64,000 nucleotides of DNA from Callorhinchus milii (taxonomy: Eukaryota), in contig NW_024704746.1 of the NCBI RefSeq assembly GCF_018977255.1, positions 21,204,001-21,268,000 of the forward strand, written 5' to 3'. The notes under the pieces were generated by a model. That model made no database searches. It had not been told where the DNA came from and worked only from the letters and a program-made list of their open reading frames with translations. How positions within the stretch are numbered: the first letter of the stretch is position 1; each line of letters begins with the position of its first letter. Positions 1-9,900 of the stretch are shown here, in pieces. The translations under genes were made by a program, and so were the position numbers.

Positions 1-387
1 TTCACCAGCAAATTCTTATGTTCTTATGTAGATGAATGGATACCCGAGTTAACGGTTATAATTTATATCAGGATTTCAAACAAGGTGTATTTAGAGACAT
101 AATAATCATTATGGTGGCCATCATTTAATCTTCAATTGGTTGGTAGTAGTTATCTATTTTTAACTACTTCTTAAATATTTTCCAAACTTTTGTTTTGTCC
201 GGTGGCTGCTCTGAGACTTTTGACTTCTCTGGTCTCCTCCCTTCACAGCTGCAGCCCTTCGATTCTCAAAACCGCCACTTTCTCTGTCTTTTTAGACTTT
301 TCTCTTACATTCTGGAGCCTGTCAATTTCAATGCCATCATTCAACCTTTCAGAGATACAGGCAGCCTCTGTAATCTCCTACACATAG

Positions 388-648
388 CAAGGGCGAAACC
401 TCGGGCAAGTTTCCTTACTCCACACAGAGCCTAATAATAATCCCTCCAAAAACCAAAAACAATAATTAAATTGGTCATTTTCAATCTACGACTGTTTGTG
501 GGACATTGCTGTGCGCAATTGGCTGCCGCGTTCGCCCACAAATATAGTCAATTCACTTTACAGTGTGTTCTGTGAAGCGCTTTGGGACGTCCTCCCGACG
601 TGAAAAGCGCTATATCAAATGCAAGGATTATTATTATTATTATTATTA
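388..648 (+). mobile_element. tRNA-derived SINE, 5'-truncated
   Basis: Same body and (ATT)n tail as the full copy at 2090-2430. Confidence 0.85.
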
Positions 649-2089
649 AGGTGGGAGGCTGCAAGATCTAGATGTAGAAAGAGAAAAAAATGCTAGAACT
701 CAATGGTCCAAGGCTGTAGTATTTTCCGGTGTATTTATGCTCAGTCCTATCTCCTATTTATCTCAGTCCTTCTCCAAACTTTGTCATACAAGAAGAGGGG
801 GAGGCAAGCAGAGAATATTCTATCATAATAATTCCATCAAACATTTTGAGATGTCTAGAAGACGTGATAAGGCGCTACATCGAATGCAAGGATTCTTATT
901 ATTAATATTGCAGATAACCAATGTTTACTTTCAGTAATAATGTGTGAAAAATAAACCAAGATATTTCTGAAGATCATTCAACGTTTTCCAGCTAATATGG
1001 AATCAACAAGATAGGCCATTACCTATGAATCTAGGTTCCTCTCCAACGTGCCTGTTTCTTTCCCTTCCCCTGGGTTATCCCCAGATTTTCCCCAGCTTAT
1101 ATTACTCTCTCCATTTATCTGCAAATCCCTACAGAAACTCACCATCAATACTGTTCCCTTCTCTCCAACTCAACAATTCCCTCATCCAAACTTTATTATC
1201 ACTCATTTGTTATCATTTATTAGTCATTCAAGATTTATTACCTTCATTGAACCTGGCAATTGACTCATGTTCTCGGTATGTCTACAAATCATGGTACACT
1301 TCAGACCTTTTATGTCTTCAACTCTCTCTCACATCTGCCCTCTCTATAATTTCTTTATCTCAGCGATTTCCTGCCTATCCATTTCACCAAGAGCTCCACC
1401 TGAAATCAACTTCCTCTGCATCTCAGCACATCTTCTCGCTGCTGACTCATCCAATCTAAGCATCAGTCGTTCCTCACTTGTTTTACTTGGATTGGGAATC
1501 CTGTCACTTCCACCAAACTATGTCAAATCCTTCACAATCTTGCAGTTCATTCTTTGTTTCGATGGAGTTACAAAGAACAAGCACAGAAATATATTGTGGG
1601 CATTTATTACTTTTGGATGACAGGGAGAAAGTGTTCAGATCAAATAAGAGATGGAGATACAATAGAGTAGTTGGGTCTATGGTCTGAGAAAGGGGATTTG
1701 TTGGGTTTTATTCTATACTTTCTAACACATTCTTCAAGTGCCTGCAGATTGCCTGCCTACTTTTTTTCTTCAACAGATGATGGTGCAACACACAGGAAAA
1801 ACTATCAATATCTAAAAGAAAGTTTCACCGTCAAACAGAAACATGATCACCGCTTTTCTTTTGACTCTTCTCTCACTGACTCCAAAGAACCAATTCTGTG
1901 CTCCTCTCTCAACAGTTCACAAGTAAATCATTGAGTCTTAACCTCACATGCACAACTTGCTTGATTAATTAAACTTTAATCAGGTGTTCCTAGTTTTACA
2001 CTCTGACTTGGTGAGTAACACAGAAGGGGTATCCATATGACCAGTATTGTTTTAATCAACAGTCAGTACATATTATCTCAGTGCATATT

Positions 2090-2430
2090 GGAGTCCTGTA
2101 GCTCAGTGGTTAGAGCACTCGCTTTGCAAGTGAGAGACTTGAGTTCAATTCCAGGCAGAGGGCGAAACCTTGGGCAAGTTTCCTTACTCCACACAGAGCC
2201 TAATAATAATCCCTCCAAAACCAAAAAACAATAATAAATTGGTCATTTTCAATCTACGACTGTTTGTGGGACATTGCTGTGCGCAATTGGCTGCCGTGTT
2301 CGCCCACAAATAATAAATAATAATAATAATATACAGTCAATTCACTTTACAGTGTGTTCTGTGAAGCGCTTTGGGACGTCCTCCCGACGTGAAAAGCGCT
2401 ATATCAAATGCAAGGATTATTATTATTATC
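2090..2430 (+). mobile_element. Full-length tRNA(Ala-like)-derived SINE
   Basis: A box TAGCTCAGTGG, B box GAGTTCAATTCC, L2-like 3' end AAAAGCGCTATATCAAATGCAAGG(ATT)n. Many copies and fragments across the window. Confidence 0.9.
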
Positions 2431-3055
2431 ATAAGGAATGACTGAAAAAAATGAGTTACCACTGATTCCAAAGAAATAATCTGAGCAGTGAATAACAAAT
2501 ATTACTTACAAGACCTAGTACAGGTGATGCTCATTAATGGAAGGTGGCTGTGAAGTTTTTTATATCAAGGTAATTTCCTGAGCAACAATTAATTCCCAAT
2601 GGATTCACATAGCGAGTAATGTTTCATTTTTTCGGTGGGTGATTATCCGATACGGCAGTATTTAATTTCCATAAAAGCTGCCGCATTCAGAGGAGGTAAC
2701 GTTTCTAAATAAAATAGAAATCCCAACGATTCCGCATCAACGCGAAAGTTTCCTTTGGTGCCGTGTACTGTGCTGTGGTCCTCAAGTGTTCTGGGACGCT
2801 ACCCCACGTGAAGGGCGCTATATAAATGCAAGGTGCTGTTGTTGTTGTACATGAGGTGGTCTGCAGCCTAGGTTTCCGCACCTGAACCCAAACCTCGGCC
2901 AACAAGCTTGACTGATTAGCGCAGCTCTGTTTAAACATGCACAAACTCACAACTGCATCGCTATGTGTGTGATGGAAAGCATTTCATTCACGATCAGTCG
3001 CACTCGAAACAAGCGAATTAGGGCTAACCAGTGGTTTCAAGCTGCAGAAAGCTGC

Positions 3056-3075
3056 CCAGTGCCCTCTGCTGGTCA
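3056..3075 (-). promoter_or_regulatory. Candidate CTCF site
   Basis: Minus strand GACCAGCAGAGGGCACTGG matches the core CCASYAGRKGGCRS. Confidence 0.6.
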
Positions 3076-4514
3076 TGTATTTCAAAGCTCTTTAAAAGCT
3101 CGCTGATAGTTATATTTCCTCGGAGCTGAGACAAAGTAGAGATGTCACAATGTTCTATTGTAGACGATAACTCGCCCTTCCCTCGCTGCCCATTTCCATA
3201 CTGATTCGAACATGCACAAACACACACATGCATACAAACACGCGTAAATACACATGCACACAAGCACGTACAAACTGATATACATGCCAAATGCACACAG
3301 TCGTCCACATTGACTGGAAATAGCACAAGTATTGTTCTGGAGTACGGGTTAAAGAGTTAGGCTTAAGAGTTACTAATAAATGTGTATGGGGGGAACAGAA
3401 TATTTACACATCTCAATCCAGCCAGCTCAGCGTAGGAAAAACCCAAACAGTTTCATGTGTCATTAATTCCTCAGAAGTCCAAACTGCATTCTATTACTCT
3501 AATACGTATAGTGATCATTCACAGACATTAATATAATTATATTCACTGAGCCACAACAGGCAGTGCCAGGCTAGGTTAGAGATTTTAATGTTGCACGTTT
3601 TATTAAATTCTGACAAGGTGGGAAACTAGAAATAAGGGATGAGCAATGTCATGGAATCAGACACAACGCTCAATCCACTGACAGAGACGGTGGTTAAAAT
3701 AAAAGGAAAATGGCCATCACGGACTCAATTTATAATAAGTCAAGGTTTCCCTCCATCCGAAGTACTCTGATCTTTGAGGACTCTCACAGTTCTGATTAAT
3801 AACTTTTTTTAAAAAAAAATTCTGTATTTCAATCAAATGTTTCAATCAAATGTTTATGAAGGTAAACTCAGTCCCCCCGATATAATTCTCAGTCATTCAC
3901 ACTTGCTCACCATGACACCACCACCAGCGCCTTGAGACGTCCTCCCGACGTGAAAAGCGCTTTATAAATGTAATGCTGTTGTTGTTGTAGGGTTTTACAT
4001 TGGCTGAAAGTCCTGCAAAGCCTTGTTAGATGCCAATGTGACACTGTAACACTGTGCCGAGTGTGATTCTTTGCTTAGACTATTATCTTTGTTAAGACAC
4101 TGGAGAAAATTATTCTGAAATCTCTATCAAACCAGTGATTTATGCAGCAATGTTTGCAACTGAAATACTGATGGAAGAGGGAAATATTTCCTGAAGGTAG
4201 TTTTGAAATAGCATTGCTGTGAGGTAAAACAAGCTTTGGAAATATTACAGTGTCAGTACCTCGAATTTCCTGCCCGTGGCAATGCTGAACTGGTAGAAGT
4301 CACTTGTTGAGGATAATGCCACCATCAGAAGAGTAACAGTATTGCTACCTTTTAATGGTGCCAATAATGTGAAATGCTACAGCACAAACTTGTCATTTAT
4401 ACTATATTTCAATACAAGCAGAAATAAACACAACTATAACAACTCGGGTAACTGCAAAAAGATATTGTCTCCTAGTCAGCTGGGCCTGAAAGCCTCAGAA
4501 CTTTTAAGTCCCGG

Positions 4515-4700
4515 ATCACAGGAGATCGAAAGCACGGTCGAAGAGGAGGATCTTGAGGTGGGTCTTGAAGCTGGCGAGGGAGGGGGCGAGATGGAGGGAC
4601 TTCGGGATGGAGATCCAGAAGGTGGGTGCAGAGTGACGGAAGGTCCGCCCGCCGATAGTGGGGCGAGCAAGGCGGGGGACGTGAAGCAGGCTATTAAAAC
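4515..4700 (-). mobile_element. L2 LINE 3' fragment
   Basis: Translates as TIGGRTFRHSAPTFW...FKTHLK, matching the 3' end of the copy at 13147-14600. Confidence 0.8.
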
Positions 4701-5098
4701 GCGCTGTTCCTGCCAAGTGAAAGGACTGGGCAGAATAAAACCTCGGCTTCTCATCTGGGTGGAAGAGCACACTGTACTGAAAATTAGCACAGACACAGTG
4801 AAGCGTTTGCACACTATCTTATCGGGCAGATCAATGGAAAGATGAGATCGAGTGGGCTGAAGGGCCCCACTTCATCCAAACCAATCTTGTGATGCGGTGT
4901 AATGGATTCTACACTGTTTACGGCTGGTTGTGGGACCTCGCTGCGCACAAATTAGCTGTTGCGTGTACTTGCAAATATGGTGTATGTTTCATTACCCTTC
5001 TCACACAAGTGTCTGTTATAGTTCATATGACAAAAATGCTGTGTCAAGCACCTGAGACTCAATCCAGTCCAGATGTACCTTACACTTTAACAACATGC

Positions 5099-5430
5099 GG
5101 AGTCCTGTCGCTCAGTGGTTAGAGCACTCGCTTGGCAAGTGAGAGACCTGGGTTCAATTCCAGGCAGGTCAGAGAGAAACCTTGGGCAAGTTTCCTTACT
5201 CCACACAGAGCCTGATAATAATCCCTCCAAAACAAAACAATAATAAATTGGTCATTTTCAATCCATGACTGTTTGTGGGACATTGCTGTGCGCAATTGGC
5301 TGCCGCGTTTCGCCCACAAATATACAGTCAATTCACTTTACAGCATATTCTGTGAAGCGCTTTGAGATGTCGAGAAGACGTGAAAAGCGCTATATCAAAT
5401 GCGAGGATTATTATTATTATTATTATTATA
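5099..5430 (+). mobile_element. tRNA-derived SINE, full length
   Basis: A and B boxes, family body, (ATT)n tail. Confidence 0.9.
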
Positions 5431-6528
5431 ACTAACTAAAATCTAAAGGTGGTTTCAACCCGGGCCCCAGCAACATAAGGCAAAGTGGGAAGCAAATGGG
5501 GAAATACTCCATTCTCCCCATTATCCCTTGCAAGTGAAAATAAGTACGAAAAATCCCGGGTTAAACAACTGGGAGAATGCTCTTAAATGTAAACACAGGA
5601 AAATTTAGGAGAATATTTATATACAGTATCTCTCTGCAGTTAGCCCAGCTTAGTGAAAACCAAACAGTTTCACACGTCATTAATTCCTCAGGAGGTCCAA
5701 CTACATTATATTACTCTAATATGTAAGTGATCATTCACAGACATTAATATAATTATATTCACTGAGCCACAGCAGTATGTTCCAGGGCTGTTACAGATTT
5801 TATATTGTATATTTTATCAGTGTCATATTGGCTCAGTTGGTAGCAAGCTTGCTTATGGACCAGAAGGTTGTGGGTTCAAAGTTCCTACCAGAACTCATAA
5901 TCCGTTACGAAATTGTGCCATGCATCTTGTTCAGCTGAACCACCTCTAGAATGTAAGTGAAATGTCAGGGATGGCACCTCCTCCTGTCTAGTGCTGCACT
6001 TTTGCAATGTCTTAACCATCTTGCATTTTTCGTATCATGCTTTTCATGATCTTGACGAAAGGTAATCGACCTGAAACGTTAACCCACATTCCTCTCTCCA
6101 GAGGTGCTGCCTGACCCGCTGAGTGTTCCCTGCAACTTATTTATGAAAGAACACATATTTTTATATACCTTATCAGGTTAAGACATCTCAAAGCACTTCA
6201 GAGGTAATTACTATAAATTGTACTGACTGGCTTGTAGGCTGCCATCATCTGGTCTGTTGGTTGAAGTTTTACATTAATTTTAAATGTTTAGTGCAGAACC
6301 TTATAAATAGGCTGTGCTTTGCTTCCTGTATTTCAACTCTTCCCTTTTTTATTAATTCCACTTTCTAGCTCTTTGCTCAAATTCCTTAATGCTTTTTTTT
6401 TTGTCATTCGTGTGCTTATCCAATTCTGTTTAGAATGATCATATTATCAAGTTGTCATTGAGAAGACATAGTGAGATCAACAGTCCTAGATCATCTATCT
6501 GCCAACAGTGAGAAGGTGTCAATAGCCA

Positions 6529-6850
6529 GGAGTGCTGTAGCTCAGTGGTTAGAGCACTTGCCTCACAAGCGAGAGAATTGGGTTTGATTCCTGACAGGGC
6601 GAAACCTTGGCCAAGTTTCCTTTCTCCACATGCCTGATAATAATCCCTCAAGAAAAAAAGAAATAAATAATAATTTGGTTACTCAATCCACGACTGTTTG
6701 TGGGACACTGCTGTGCGCAATTGGCTGCCACGTTTCGTCCACAAATATACAGTCAATTCGCTTTGCAGTATATTCTGTGAAGTGCTTGGAAGAGTCGCGA
6801 AGACGTGAAAAGCGCTATATCAAATCCAAGGATTTCATTATTATTATTAA
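6529..6850 (+). mobile_element. tRNA-derived SINE, full length, in the FAAH 3' region
   Basis: A and B boxes, family body, (ATT)n tail. Confidence 0.88.
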
Positions 6851-6989
6851 TTCAGCGTCTATGTGCTAATTCAACTCATTTATATTGTGATGGTCATTAT
6901 TTATCATAAGGCTTCCTCTTGAAGAAACCAAACACCTTGATGATTAGTGGACATCAGGGTTAAAATCATCCCTCTGTTCGCAGGTGCAA

Positions 6990-9900
6990 CTAAATTCCTT
7001 TCTTCGCACAGACAAGTCTTTCCACCTCCCTCATGAAGTAGAGGCAGAGTTCATCCTGCCAGGGTAAGGCCACACACTGCACGGCTAAAGGAAGGCCAAC
7101 CCCTCCCATCACAGCCTTAAACAGAGAAACAAACAAGAATATATTATTAGGAATAATTATTAGGAATAAGCCATACAGCCTATTGAGCCTGTTCCGCCAT
7201 CGTGGCTGATCTGTAACTCAACTCCAATTACCCACCTTTGCCCCATATCCCTTGATACCCTGACCTAGCCAAAAATTAGGATACGAGAAGCCTATTTTGG
7301 AATTAAAATTCAACTCACATTTACACGTTTGTTTCATATGAGCCAATTTATATGACACCAGATTTTCCCAACTTGCACCTACAACCTTCAAGCGCTCTGG
7401 GACGCTACCTTGTGTGAGCGGTTCTACATAAATGCAAGTTGTTGTTGCTCTAGTTTTGAAACAAAAGTTCCAATCCTGGTGACTGGATCCCAGGCTTGTA
7501 CCCATGACATTCCTGAGGTGTCCTGTAGCTCAGTGGTTCCAGCACTCGCCTCACAAGCGAGAGACCTACGTTCGATTCCTGGCAAGGCAAAACCTTGGGC
7601 AAGTTTCTTTACACACCTGATAATAATCCCTCAAGAAAAAAAAATCAATAATAATTTGGTCAATCAATTCATTCAGCGGGACTGCACACTTAACGGCTGA
7701 AAAAAAACAGAGAAAGAGACAGAGAGTGTCAAAATTATTTGACACTAAACAAATATTTGCTTCTGTCTTCATGTTAGAAGATACTAAAAACTTACCAAAA
7801 ATAGTGGGGAACCAAGAGATTAATGTTAGTGAGGAACTTAAAGGAATTAATATCAGTAAAGTAATAGTACTAGAGAAATTGATGGAACTAAAAACTGATA
7901 ATTCCCCTGCACCTGATGGCCTGCATCCTAGGGTCTTAAAAGAGGTGGCTGCAGAGGTAGTGGATGCATTGGTTTGATCTTCCAAAATTCCCTGGATTCT
8001 GGAACGGTTCCCGTTGGAAGGTCGCAAACGTAACGCTGCTATTTAAGAAGGTTGGGAGAGAAAAAATGGGGAACTATAGAGCAATTAGTCTGACATCGGT
8101 GGTGGGGAAATTCTAGAGTCTACAATTAAGGACTTTGTAGTGGGGTACTTAGAAAGTCATAATATGATTAGGCAGAGTCAACACGGTTTTATGAAAGGGA
8201 AATCATGTTTAACAAATCTTTTAGAGTTTTTTGAAGATGTAACGAGCAGGTTAGATAGGGGTAACCAGTGGATATAGTGTATTTGGATTTTCAGAAGGCA
8301 TTCGACAAGGTGCCACATGAAAGGTTGTTGCATAAAATTAGGGCTCATGGAATTAAGGCTAATATATTAGCACGGATTGAAGAGTGGTTAACAAGGCAGA
8401 AACAGAGAGTAGGGATAAGCGGGTCCTTCTCAGATTGGCAGGATGTGACTAGTGAAGTGCCACAAGGATCAGTGCTTGGGCTTCAACTGTTTACAGTCTA
8501 GATGAGGAAATAGAGCTTAATGTATCTAAAGTCGCGAACGATACAAAGCTCGGTGGGAAAGTAAGCTGTGAGGAGGACACAAAGAGGATGCAAAGGGATA
8601 TAGACAGGTTAAGTGAGTGGGCAACAAGGTGGCAAATGGAGTATGATGTGGGGGGCAGTGTGAAGTTATTCACCTCGGTGGAAAAAATAGAAAAGCAGAT
8701 TATTTTCTAGAGGGGAAGGGACTAGTGTTCAGAGTGATTTAGGTGTCCTTGTACACCAGTCACAAAATGTTAGTATGCGGGTACAGCAACTAATTAGAAA
8801 GGCTAATAGCATGTCAGCATTTATTGCAAAGGGGTTAGAATACAAGAGTAGGGAAGTCTTGCTGCAATTCTATAGGGTCTTGGTGAGACCGCACCTAGAA
8901 AATTGTGTGCAGTTTTCGTCTCCTTATCTAAGAAAGGGTATACTCGCTTGGGGAGGGTTGCAACTTAGGTTCACTCGGTTGGTTCCTGGGATGAGGGGCT
9001 GACCCATGAGGAGAGGTTGAGTAGACTAGGCCTATATTCTCTAGAATATAGAAGAATTAGAGGTGATTTTATAGAAACCTATAAGATTCTTAAGGGTCTT
9101 GATAGGGTAGATATTGTGAGACTGTTTCCCCTGGTTGGAGAATCTAAAACTAGGGGTCATAGTCTCAGGAGTAAAGGTCAGCCTTTTAGAACTGAGTTGA
9201 GAAAACATTTCTTCATTCGGAGAGTATGAATTTGTGGAATTCTCTACCCCAGAAGGCTGTGGATGCTCAGTCATTGAACATATTCAAGACTGAGATCAAT
9301 AGATTTTTAAAAACTAAAGGGATTAAGGGATATGGGGATACGGTGGGTAAATGGAATTAGGTTAGAAGATCAGCCACAATCTTATTAAATGACGGGGCAG
9401 GCTTGAGGGGCTGAATGGCCTACTCCTGCTCCTATTTCTTATGTTCTTATGTTCTTACTGCTGTGCGCAATTGGTTGCCGCGTTTCGCTCACATACAGTC
9501 AATTCACTTTACAGTATATTCTGTGAAGCGTTTTGAGACGTCTCGAAGATGTGAAAAAAACGCTATATCAAATGCAAGGATTATGACTTATTATTATTAT
9601 TATTATTCCAGTTCAGTACGTAGACACTCATTACCTTGTGCCACTATTAAGGGTGCTGACTTATCATTCTGACTCACTCACTGACCTTTTTGAAGGTTCT
9701 GTCCCAGAAATCGTTGTTGTAACCAGTGTAGTGCTTCAGCTCTTCTTCATCCTGCTCTGATACCTTGCTGACCGGCACTATACCAGCTGGATAATTTAAT
9801 AAGTTGAAAATGCTCATGCCGCTAGCTGCAGCTGTTTTAAAAAAACACACACAATATTTATCATCATAGAAAAGTTGATGGTGAAAATTGAAGTGTGTTC

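Noticed and set aside
190-1690. Several 65-144 aa ORFs in pyrimidine-rich sequence
   Set aside because: No recognisable motif or splice-consistent structure; probably very old repeat decay.
2090-2160. tRNA-Ala-like gene (also at 5099, 6529, 7517, about 27040 and about 45015)
   Set aside because: No proper acceptor stem or terminator, and each continues into the SINE body; these are SINE heads.
3511-3555. Box C/D snoRNA reading of the duplicated core (GTGATCA...CTGA)
   Set aside because: Only about 40 nt between the boxes, imperfect C box, no terminal stem and no host intron.
6050-6135. Short shared motif GCTGCCTGACC-GCTGAGT (also at about 22735-22830)
   Set aside because: It resembles a common shark Penelope-like terminal repeat from memory, but is too short and decayed to call or to be novel.
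7726-9229. Active reverse transcriptase gene
   Set aside because: Multiple stops and frameshifts, 5' truncation and a disrupted catalytic motif; a dead CR1 copy.
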